Source: Octopus sinensis
Lineage: Eukaryota
Reading direction: 5' to 3'
Assembly (NCBI RefSeq): GCF_006345805.1
Contig: NC_043007.1
Span: 62,310,001 to 62,374,000 of the forward strand
Length of the DNA: 64,000 bases
In this document: positions 12,882-25,707 of the stretch, piece by piece
Layout: every line of letters starts with the position of its first letter
Numbering within the stretch: the stretch's first letter is position 1
Translations under genes and position numbers: made by a program
Notes under the pieces: model-generated
Seen by the model: only the letters and a program-made list of their open reading frames with translations
Database searches by the model: none
Told to the model about the DNA's origin: nothing

Positions 12882-15800
12882 TTATATATATGAGGTCTGA
12901 TCAGTAAGTATCCAGTCTATTGTCATGGTAATGAAGCTAAAACATGCAGTCAAGCCACATGGCACAGAGTGACCTTGAACTCTGCTGTGCTGCACACTAA
13001 GTTTTAAAATTCTAGCTAACTGCCACTGTTTACAGGAGTGCTTGGAAGGAAAGTGTGTAGCATGTGATTGTCACATTGACTATGACAGACAAAGTTGTCA
13101 AGGTGATACCTGCTCAGAGGCCTACGCAAAGTTGCAGAAAGTGTATGGAGAGGAGTGTATGAGCTGCACACAAGTGTACGAGTGGTTCAGACGTTTCCAA
13201 GATGCTGAAAAAATATCAATATTGACAAATGTTATGGGAGATCCACAACCAACAGAACTGAGAAAAACATCACAGATGTGCATGCAACTGTGAGGGGAAA
13301 TTGTCAAATTACCAACTGTGATTTATCAGACGATGTGCAGATTAGTTATGGTTCAGTTCATTATCACTAAAGATTTGGGTATGAGATGCATGTCTGCCAA
13401 GTTTGTGCCAAAACTGCTTTCAGCTGACCAAAAAGACACTCAAGTTTCAGTTGCACAAGATCTCCTTGATTGTGTTGAAAACGATGAAAACCTTTTGAAA
13501 ACTGATTAGATATTGCCAGACTTTTGGCAAAATTTGATGCAGATTTTCTGCTCAACTTCTTCTGTTACAGTTAATGTGACAATCACACACTACACACCTT
13601 CCTTCCAAGCACTGCTGTAAACAGCGGAAGTGAGCTAGAATGTTAAAACTTAGTGCACATGCACAGTAATGTTCAAGGTCAGTCTATGCCAAGTGGCTTC
13701 ACTCTCTGTGCTTGAGCTTTGTTACTATCTCAACAGTCCAGATACTTATTGATCAGACCATTGTCCACTCTGTAAGGTGATTGGCATTAGGAAGAACACT
13801 CAGCTATAAATACCTTGCCAAAACACAGTGAAATCTGGCACAATCTTCTAGCTTGCCAGCTCCTGTTAAACTGTCCAATGGATGTTAAATGATGATGATG
13901 ATGATGATGATATGTGTGCAGGTGTGAGTGTGTGGTTGAAGAGTTTGCTTCCCAACCATATAATCTTGAATTTAGTCTAATTGTTTGGTACCTTGGGCAA
14001 GTGTTTTGTACTATAGCCCCAAACCGATGAAAGTCTTATGAGTGGATTTTGTAGCTGGAAACTGAAAGATGGCTGTATACATGTGTGTGTGCATAGCTGT
14101 GGATGTCTGTTAGTGCTTTCTTATCTTGACATCATGTGGTTGTTATAAACAAGCATTACTGTCATACAAGTAATGTCTTTTCTTTCCAGTCGTCCATGAA
14201 AGTATGTCAGGACAGACATGAGGGTTGGTGAATTTGCCTTAATAGATTGCAACGACCTCATGCAAGCATGGGAAATTGGATATATGTATACACACATACA
14301 TATATACACATGCACTACCAACGAAGTTATAATAGTTTTTCCTGAAGATTGCAATGGCATGAAACTCATGTCACAAGACAAATTCTCTGCTTCAATTTTA
14401 ATTTTAAAAATCCATATCCTCTACAAGGATATGTTTTGAGTACTCCTTTTTCATTCTTCTGATATTAAGCAACACGTGTGTGTGTGTGTGCATATATATA
14501 AATATTATGGTATTGATGGTAATATATACACATCCATATGTTTATCATCTTCTTACAGTGACCACAGCACGAGCTATTGAACTTAAACATAGTGCCAGTT
14601 TAATTGCTGCATTAACATATGAAACTGCACAGCTCTACACAAAAGCTGGTATGTATAATTTTCCACATAATTCCATGTAATTACAGTTAATCCTTATAAT
14701 TAATTTCTTTTTGTATTTCAGTTATGAGGATGTATGAAAATAATTTTTTTTTTTTAGTTTTTATTTTCCTGTTATGATTAACTAACACTTGTTGAAAAAT
14801 GTTGTCTCAGATGCATGAGACTTCCTTGTATCATAACATTGAAATGATTTATGAATATTTTCTGAAGATTTCCTTTATTAACTTATTATTAGGCCTGATG
14901 TGAGAGCAATCGTAGCTAGAATTTTAATACTCAGCTGTAACTATAGAACCAACTTTAAGGAAAAAGTAAACGAAGATGATGATGATGGCATTCTGAGTTT
15001 TAATTCAATACTTGATTATGCTTCATTACTACAGTTTTATAAAAGGTGGCAAGCTAGCAGAATTGTTAACATGCTGGGCAAAATGCTTAACAGCATTTCA
15101 TCCATGTCTCTTCTGAGTTCAAATTCCATTGAGGTTGACTTTGCCTGTCATCCTTTTGGGGGTCGATAAAATATGTACCAGTCACACACTGGGGTCAATT
15201 ATAGAAAGGACTATTATTTTGTAAAAGGCGGTGAGCTGGTAGAATCATTAGCATGCTGGGCAAAATGCTTAACAGCATTTCATCCATCTTTATGTTCTGA
15301 GTTCAAATTCCACTGAGGTTGACTTTAATTGGTAATACAGTTGCCTAGAAAGTGATAGGTGGATGGTTTAAGTACCTGGCAGTAGGTCACTTTCTCTTTC
15401 CTGTTTCAGATTGGTGTTTTCGATGTCTAACAGGGTGGTGATGATGATGATGCCTGTCATCCTATCAGGGTCAATAAATTAAGTACCAGTGAAACACTGG
15501 GGTCAACTTGTCCCCTCTTCCAACATATCAGGCCTTGTGCCTTTAGTAGAAAAGATTATTATTACTACTGCTACTACTACTAGCAAGCTGGCAGAATTGT
15601 TAGCACGCCAAGCAAAATGCTCAGCAGCATTTCATCGATCATTACGTCCTGAATTCAAATTCCACCAAAGCGGACTTTACCTTTCATCAGTAAAATAAGT
15701 ACTGGTTGAATACTAGGGTTGATGTAATTGACTTATCGCTCCTTCAAAATTGCTGGCCTTGTGCCAAAATGTGAAAGCATTATTATTATTAGATTGACTA

Positions 15801-18800
15801 CATTTTAAAGCTTTGAGCTACATTCACCTATTGTGAATGTAGCTTTGAGCTGGAGAAATTGATGTCATCAAAGGGTGTCCAATGATTATTGTATTGCTTC
15901 AGCCTTAAATTCTAACACCCTCCTATTGATGGGATGACAGTGGGACCAAATTACTGCTCCTTTTCTCTTCCTCATTTCCAGTTTTACAATCACCAAAAGA
16001 CTCTTTCTGCTTCTCTCCCAGCCTACACATAGCTACCTTGTTCTCTCTTGCTCATTCTAATTTCATTGGCTGTAAGCATTCTCCGTAGTGACTGAGCAGG
16101 GAAAAACTCTCACTAAAAACTAATCAATGGAATGGTACTTTGGTTCAGGGTCAGAATACCTAATGATCACTGGACACTATCTGATGACATCAATTCCCTC
16201 TGGTCAATGCTACAGTCACCAAAGATAAATAAAGGAGAAGCATTTTACTTTTATTATTTCCTTTGGGGTTGATAAAATAAAGTACTAATCAAATATTGAT
16301 TTCAAATTTTGGCACAAGGCCAGCAATTTTGGGAGTTGGGTTAAGTTGATTACATCAACCCCGATGCTCAACTTGTGCTTATTTTATGTACCCTGAAATG
16401 ATGAAAGGCAAAGTCAACCTTGACAGAATTTGAACGTAAAGATGGATGAAATGTCATTAAGCACTTTGCCTGGCACAGTAATGCTTCTGCCAGCTCACTG
16501 TCTTAGCACCAGTCAAATATTGTAATCAATATGATTGACTAATTCTACCCATAATATTTCTGACTATGTTCTTGTGTCCATGCAAGAAATTATTCTATCT
16601 ATTACAAATATGTTTTTAATTAATATCTTCATGTAATTATTTTCAGATGATACTCTTTCCAGTTTAGATGCTGAAACAGTTAACAAATGGAGGAAATACT
16701 TCCAACTAAAGAAAGATTTCTATACAGCCTACGTAAGTATATCTCACATGTAAACTTGTAAATAGATAGTTATAAGTGTATAGGTGATTTAAATTACCTG
16801 ACATATAGGCTCTTGCATGGCTATGTGGTGAGAAGTCTGCTACCCAAACACATAGTCTTTGGTTCAGTCTTACTGTGTGGTACCGTGGGCAATGTCTTTT
16901 TACTATAAGCCCAGGCCAGCTAAAGCTTTGCAATTAGTTTTGGTAGACAGAAACTGAAAAAAGCCTATTGTGTGTATAAATCAGTCAACCACGGTAGTGG
17001 TTGAATATATTCTGAAGTCCACCATTTCGTCAATTGCAGCAGCTTCCAAGCTTCACCACTAATTCAGTTCTCAAATAAATTGCACCTCTTCAGCTACTCT
17101 TTGGCATAAATAGTTTGAGATTTGGTTCAGTAGAAAAAAAGTTACATCAAAATATGTCAGACCTTAAGTGAGCAGTTAGGCAGATATTCATCTTCAATTA
17201 ACATAAATTTTTTAATTTTAAATTAAAAGTATATTTTTCTTAGGCTTAAATGATAGAAAAATGCATGAGGATTTCAGAATCGTTAGTCACATTGAACAAA
17301 AATTAGTAGAAAAAACAGTTATGAGGTAAAATGTTACGAAATTTAATGTCAGTAAGTGAGGAAGTAAGAAGTAACGCCTAGGCAATAAGAATAAAGAATA
17401 TATTTCTTTACATTCTAAGCCAGCAAGCTTGCAGAAATGCAGCGAGCGTGCTAGGTGAAATGTGTAGCGGTATTTGGTCTGTCTTTGAGTTTTGAGTTCA
17501 AATTTCGCCGAGGTTGACTTTGACATACAGATTATTTGATTAATTTTTTTTAACTAAATGCTTTCAAACTTCCGATACTGGTAGAATGTGTCACTTAGAA
17601 CAGGGTTTACTTTTAACATTTTTGACAAAATTTTGTATTTTAGAAGTTATTTCGTCAGAAGTTACAGAGTAACAATGGACAAATTTGTGTTTGATAAGTG
17701 CCAATACATGAAGGCTTTTGACCTACTTTCTAACTTCTGCCGATGATATATATACATATTACATATATAAGAGCCTCTACCTGGTTGCTTGACATGCTAA
17801 GAATAGCAGCCAAAGTATCCCTCTACCTAATTCACACACCCATTGTATGTAATATCCTAGATTATCCCTAAAAAGATGATTTGCTGAAGGCTGGAATGTC
17901 TTTGATGATAGGTTTGCAGTATCTGGGTTGATTTGAGGCTAAATAAAACAACATTATGGTAAATTTCTATATTAACACCCGCACGATTTTTACTAAGAAA
18001 AAAACAAAAAAATTTGATTTTTTGCATCAAGTACTCTGACCACCTAATATGCTGCAAATCTCTTATTTTGGTTCGGAAAAAATGAGGTGGAGGGTTCCCC
18101 CCAATCCAGGAATCATTGGAAATTTTTTTTTTTTTTAGTTGAATGTATTCCTGTGACCGCCTAATATTGCAAAATTAGGTTACTTAAGGTGAGCCTGGTA
18201 ACTGATGGTTTTGAGGTCTTGTTTGTAACTTTTGGTGAGCCATGGTGTAACCAACAACATGGTAAAAATCCCTTCTCTTAATTTGGTGTGGATGGGTAAT
18301 ATCAAATAATTTGATCACAACATGTATTTAAATTACACATGAAAAAAATTGAAATATCATCATCACTTACATGGAAAAATTGAAATGTTATCTTTCAGTA
18401 TTTTATAAGGTAAAATCTTAAATTATTAATTGACACATTATTAATTATCTTATAACAGCAATACCTGGAAAAATTATGGATTATGTGGTAAAATGCGAGC
18501 ACAAAAAGTAATATTCTTAAGATTATAAACCTGGAAAAGTACAGGATAAGTTATTACCCCTGTAAAAGTATAGGACAAGCTATTCTAGTAAAGTTAAGAA
18601 TAAGAAACTTTTTACTTAAAATATTGCAGCTAAAATTAAAATTTGAGTATTAAAACTTATTTTATTATAGTTTACAAATAACACTATACTTATTTAAGTA
18701 GAATTTGGCTAATTTACTACCTTAAATACAGAAAAAAGTGACTAATTAGACAAAGTTACAAATTAGCTGAACAGTTTTGTACAATAAATTTAAGAGATGA

Positions 18801-19559
18801 GAACTGTAAAGAGTGATAAATTAGAAGAACTGGTATTTTAAGTAAAAAGTTTCTTATTCTTTACTTTACTAGAAGTAATAGCTTGTCCTATACTTATACG
18901 GCTGTATTAACTTGTTTTGTACTGTTCCAGGTTTGTAATCTTAAGAGTATTACTTTGCATGCTCGCATTTTCCCATGTAATATATATGTGTATGTGTGTT
19001 ATAGTCTTCTTGCCTTGACTTCATGTAATAGTTGTAAAGGACTGTCACCATCATGTAAGTAGTGTCCTTCATTTCCAGTCTCCCATGAAAGCCTGTCTAG
19101 TCATGGGGAAATATTACTTTACTTGGAAGCAGGTGAAAGTTGGTGACAGGAAGGGCATCCAGCTACAGAAAATCTGCCTCAAATTCTCAATGCAGGCATG
19201 GAAAAGTGGATATCAAAATAATGATAACCAATATTTAAAATTTCATGTGTATTCCTTTATGTTAAAAGAGAAAACTGCAATGCAGATTCATATAGTCCAA
19301 ATTTCCTTTCACTGGTCCCCATAATGATAAAGGTTGCAGAGTATATATAGAGGAAAAAATTTCAACTGGAGAGGTGCTTCATAGATTACTTAATTATGCC
19401 ATCACTCATTTTTCAGTGAAGATTAAGGCCAAATTATGTAATTCAAGCATGGGTTGCATAATGTAGACATTATCTTCACTGAAACACATGTAAGACAATT
19501 AAACAATTAAGGAACAAACTCTCCAGTTTTGTTCACACATATTCACTCCCATATACTCC

Positions 19560-19610
<51 letters not shown>

Positions 19611-20387
19611 TAATAGTTATCGCCAAGCTGACTGTCTGTTCGAAGGTTTATTTAGTGGAACACATCCACTTGTTTTCAAAAATAGAAATATTAATATTTC
19701 TAAATCTCTCTAAAGGAGACTACGGCAGCAGTACTGGATATTAATAGTTATCGCCAAGCTAACATGGCAATCTAGGAAAATAGGACGAATGCTGCCATTG
19801 ATTAGCTCCAAGAGGCCATTGCCTCTAGCTAGCTATGTGAAACACAAACCTGTGTCCACTACAACCTTTGAACAGAGAAGGTCAGCAGCTTCCCCTTGCT
19901 GGTTCAACATCCACAGACTAGTTTCGGGGTGATTGCCCCTTCTCAATGTGGAGTAGCTGAACCCAGCAGGCATTGCTGCTGACTGTCTATTTGAAGGTTT
20001 ATTTACCTATATTCAGTGGAACACATCCACTGGTTTTCAAAAATAGAAATATTAATATTTTAAAATCTCTCTATAGGAGACTATCCACTGAATATAGGTA
20101 AATAAACCTTCGAACAGACAGTCAGCAGTGATGCCTGCTGGGTTCAGCTACTCTACATTAAGAAAGGGCAATCACTCCGAAACTAGTCTGTGGTTGTTGA
20201 ACCAGCAAGGGGAAGCTGCTGACCTCCCCTGTTCGTAGGTTATAATGGACATAGGTTTGTGTGTCACATAGCTAGCTAGAGGCGATGGTCTCTTGGAGCT
20301 AATCAACAGCAGCATTCGTCCTATTTTCCCTGACTGCCATAGTCTCCTTTAGAGAGATTTAGAAATATTAATATTTCTGTATATGTA

Positions 20388-20432
<45 letters not shown>

Positions 20433-23400
20433 TCATCATCATCATGTTCAGTTAATGTTCATGTTTCATGCTGGCATGACGAATTATTTGATGGGATACA
20501 TTAGGTCCATTATTCTATTTTGGCATGGCTTCTACAACTGAGTGAGCTTCCTAATACTAACTGCTTTATTGCATGTACTGGGTGCTTTTTTGTGGTACCA
20601 ACAGTAATGAGGTCTCTGTGCAGCCTGAAAAAAGAGGATCCCTTTTGACTAAGTAGAGCTACAGTTGAGAGGAAGGCAGCTTTAATCTAGAAGATGAAAG
20701 GTTAAAGTGTGAGAGAAGAGGCCAGAACAGAACCAGTTTCTTTCTGCAGAAGAGCTATATTGCAACTCACATTATAGATGAGTGGATGGGAATGACTCAA
20801 GAGATGTTGGAAAACAGTGCCAACATACATATATGAGGTCTGTCTGAAAAGTAACTGGACTGGTGTCACAAACAGTTTATTTCAATTTCAAGCAACAAAC
20901 TACATCGTTTCCCCTTTGAAGTTTCCCCCTTAAGTCTAATGCACTTTTCCATCCTTCTCTGCCATACATCTGTGCGCTGCTGGAAGGATTCATCTGGAAT
21001 GCCCCTCAGCTCCATTGTTACACGTGGTTTTCACGCTTACAAAATTGATTCGCTTGATGATTCCCTTGAGCTTGGAGAAAAGATAAAAAGTCATGTGGAG
21101 TAAGATCAGATGAATAGGGTGGTTACTCCAGTACAGCAATGTTCTTTTTAGCCAGGAACTGCCAGATGCTCAGGGCGCTGTGAGCAGGTGCATTGTTGTG
21201 GTGAAGCAGCCACAATTCATCCCACCACAACTCTCATTTCTTGCACACTGAGCAAAGCAAATGCCACAGGATCTCGTTGTAGACTTGCTGATTGACTATT
21301 CAATGTTGACCTGTCCTTTTGTTGAAAGCTTCCTGCTCCTGGAGTCATCTTCCACCTTCTCACACCTCTCTTTGAACCTTTTGTGCCACTCAAAACGTGT
21401 GCACAACATTGTGTTATCTCCATATTCTTGCTGAAGCATTTCAAGTGCTTGTGATGGAATTTTCCCCAACTGGACCTAAAATTTCAGGTTTATTTGTTGC
21501 TAGGTGTTCATTGTTCCTTTCTCAATGCTCATAGCTGAACAACCTGAAAAAGAGGTGTAAACAAAAGCATGTGAAAAATATTCAATGGTTGCAGAAAGCT
21601 AAGATTACAGTTATATACTCCCTTGATATCATGTTAGATGATAACACAATCTACTTATCCCTCTTTCGCTCATAGCTCACAGCACACCCAGTCCTGTTAC
21701 TTTTCAAACAAACCTCGTACATATATTTCTATGTGTTGCATTTGTATATATAAGTACACACACACACACATGCATACATGCATATTCACAGTGAAGGCAC
21801 ATGACTTAGTAGTTAGGGTACTCTGCTCACAACCATAAGGTCGTGAGTTCGATATCAGGCAGCGTATTGTGTCCTTCAGCAAGACATTTTATTCTCACAT
21901 TGCTCCTGTCCACTTAGCTGACAAAAATGAGAAGTACCTGTATTTCCAAGGACCAGCCTTGTCACATTCTGTGTCATGCTGTTTCTGAGAAATATGTGTC
22001 TGTAGAGTGCTCAGTCACTTGCATGTTTAATTTCCATTAATTGGATCAGCTGGAACCTTCATCATCATGACAATAGTAAATGAGTGTCATTGTCATACAC
22101 ATAGTGTAATTCATTTCCAACATTCTGCTTGGAAAATAGGTATAGGTTGGTGACAGGAAAAATATACATCCGTAAAAAATCTGCTTTGATTCTGTCTGAC
22201 CCATACAAATATGAAAAAGGGTAATTAAAAACAGTGACAGCATTGATATATATATACTCACACATACATATATTTACACTCACACACACATACACACTCG
22301 TCTTTATACTCATATTTATAGTTTCACATATGCATATATAGACACATGTACAGTTGACACTGAGATCCGTAGCTATTAGTAAACTAAGAACAGTTTAGTT
22401 CATGTGTGAAGATTCGAAAGATATATTCAGGTTTGAGCACTGGGCTTGATGTAACTAACTTACCTCTTCCTCCAAAAGTGCTGGCCTTATGCCAAAATTT
22501 GAAACCAATATTCTTAAGAACACTAGTGTACTGATAATCTGGCTCTCTCTGCAAAATCTTTTCAAGAATGGCAGATGTTTACAACTAGGAAGTGAGAGGT
22601 AAAGTTGAAAAACTTCTGAGATAGCAGTATAAATAGAAGTTCAGTAATATATATGAAACAGCCTCACTTGAGAGTTTGGATGAAATTATGCATAAATTCA
22701 ATTGTGTGTAGATAATACAAATATTGATTTCAAATTTTGGCACAAGGCCAGCAATTACAGGAAGGGGTGCGTCAGTTACACCAACCCTAGTACTTAACTG
22801 GTACTTATTTTATCAACTCTGAAAGGATGAAAGACAAAGTCAACCTCAGCAGAATTTGAACTCAGAACATGAAGACACACCTGGTGTACTAATGGTTCTA
22901 CCAGCTTGTCACCTTAAGCAATATACATATTGGCTGAATAAAAAGCTCAGTGAGATGTCTGACAGACTGACAAGGAAACTGAATTTTAAATAGCTACTGA
23001 TCTAAGGTCATTCTAATGAAAGTTTCATATATGTATGTTCATAGATATATATGAATATACATATAATAATATGAAGAAATGAGACCCTTTATCTTACTAG
23101 CAAAATAAAAATTGTCTTTTTTGTTCTCATCATCGAATATTTACCACATAGGCACATACCTATCATGGAGAAACACTGCTGGCTCAAGACAAATGTGGAG
23201 AAGCCATCAAATGCCTTCAGGAAGCAATGAAATGTAAGTATATTTTCATTTACACTGTTTGGTACCTTACTAAACTCTTGATCACTTCTCGAATGATGCT
23301 TGTTGCTTTGTCATCTTGCCATCTCCTGTTGTTCTTCTCGGCCAGGAACTGCTGGATGCTCAGGGTGCTGTGAACAGGTGTATTGTTGTGGTGAAGCAGC

Positions 23401-25574
23401 CACAATTCATCCCCCCCACAACTCTCATTTCTTGCACACTGAGCAAAGCAAATGCCACAGGATCTCTTTGTAGACTTGCTGATTGATTGCTCAACATTGA
23501 CCTATCCTGTTGTTGAAGGCCTCCTGCTCCTGGAGTCATCTTGCCATCTTCTGTTGTTCTTCTTGGCCAGGAACTGCTGGATGCTTAGGGCATTGTGTTC
23601 AGGTACATTGTTGTGGTGAAGTGTTTTTGTACACTTAGTTTAACTTTCACATAGGACCCCTTTTGTACTTTTTAAACTTTGCTTTGATTTGTTTGATTTA
23701 TTTGATACATATATTATCAATCAGACTACAAAGGAGCTGGTGCTCATCTGAGTTGGCGAGACTTATATTATGTAGTAAAATCAAGAAAAAGAATAAGGGG
23801 AACTTGCTGTGAGGAGTAGAAAGTACGTTTCAGATTGTATCTTTTTTCAGAGACAATTTGAAAGGAGAGATATTAATGTACATCCTCCTACTGTTTCCTC
23901 AATAATTTCTCTCCTTTCAAATTTTTTGTGATGCATTTTTCACCCCTCGTGGCAAGTTCACTATACTTTTTTTTATTGCTTTTACTGTGTACATATATCT
24001 ATATATACTTGCAATATAAAATCATATAACAAAATTAGTGGTGGATGGGTAGATCTCCAATATTTAGCATTAAGTTGTTCAGTCAACTTGCTTCTGAATT
24101 AAATGCAATTGGCTGAGTATTCCACAGCAATGTGTATGCTTAACATAATTGTCAGACAGGATCAGTGTGACAGCACTGTATCTTTTGAAATACTGGTACA
24201 ATGCAGCCAGCAAGCCTCTATACAGTTTCCATCTACGCTGTTTTACTGTTGTTATTGAGAATTGCATTTGCTCAAGATGTCACAGAATAGGGATTTCATG
24301 GTTACAAAGCAAACTTTTTAACTACATAGCTATACCGCACCTAAAATAAATTAGTATAGTGAAATTACATTAACTGTTTTAGTATTGTTTGCACTAACAT
24401 AGCTGGGGTCGGTGGGGCAGTAGGGGCAGGTCGCCCCAGGTGGCACTTTTAATGGGGGTTGTACTTTTGGGTCTGCTGTGGGCAATATGTGGGTTTTTTT
24501 CTGAGGTCAGGGGAGCAGCAAATGGAAGGGTTGCCCCGGGCACCACACACACTAGCTATGTAGTTAGATTCTCAGTCACACCCACAGACATATGCATAAA
24601 TATGTAAAATTAATGACAATAATACAATTTCTGTTAAACAAAGTTTTTCTGAAAATTTATTTGAATATTAACCTATTGTTTTACCAAGTAAATTATTGGT
24701 TATTTTAAATCAATAAAATATCTTACAAATGTTACAAGAGATTTATTTTAAGTGGAAGCAGCAAAATTTTCTTCTCAGAAAATAGATTTTGTTCACTGAC
24801 TTCACACATACCATTACTGTAGACCCACATGCTTCTTTTCTTCTTACTGTTTAGTGCTCTCACTAAATCCTCTCAGTGCAGTATTATATTTTTCTCTTTC
24901 ATGTTAAACACTTTTCCGAATCGTCCATTGTTTATGTTTTGGAGCAACTAACATACTGAAAACTGAAAATAACCTCACTAATCTCATCCTCCAGTTTAAA
25001 CTGTCTTGAAAGTGACAAATGCAGCTTGTTTTGCCATTATCTCCTCCTCCTCCTCTTTCTCTATGAACTGACTTCTATATAATTGTCCAACCTGCAAATC
25101 TCCTATAAATCACACTTCATCCTATTACATAAAGTCTTATATAATGTAGTCTTACATATCCTTAAAAAGGTCAGATGGTGATAGACGGAATACCTTTGAT
25201 CATAAATCTGCATTTTCCCATTTGACCTGGGCTAACAATAAATCCTCTCTCCCTAAACTAATAAACTGAAAAAATCACCCACTTAGTGGAAATGTTCAAT
25301 CTATCAAAATTTATTAAAATATTTATTTACTTTTCTCTTTTTCCTTTTTTTTAAACATTTTTAATTAAGATTTTGAGAGATCTAGTGCACGATGTAAAGA
25401 ATATAGTGCAGCAAAAGGATCTGGGACACAAGCAAAGCCTCATGAACACATATTCTTTAGAAATCTTGGGCCAAAAGTACGAAGAACTTTGGAAAAATGT
25501 GAAAGAGAAAATGGAATGATGTGAGTATATTCACTCTATCTTTTTTTCTGTATACTTACATACATACAAATGTG

Positions 25575-25624
<50 letters not shown>

Positions 25625-25669
25625 CGTGTATATATATGTGTGTGTATGTACATATATATATGATATATA

Positions 25670-25707
<38 letters not shown>

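Larger units (their letters stand above)
19684..20378. mobile_element. Fold-back element carrying hammerhead motifs (probable Penelope-like pseudo-LTR or retrozyme, inverted duplication)
   Basis: 246-bp arms 19775-20020 and 20084-20329 with a 63-bp spacer; outer inverted arms 19684-19728 and 20334-20378. Confidence 0.7.

Noticed and set aside
5750-17670. Other CTGANGA heptamers (about 5757, 8856, 16182, 17088, 17655)
   Set aside because: No stem II, GAAA or closing stem I; consistent with chance.
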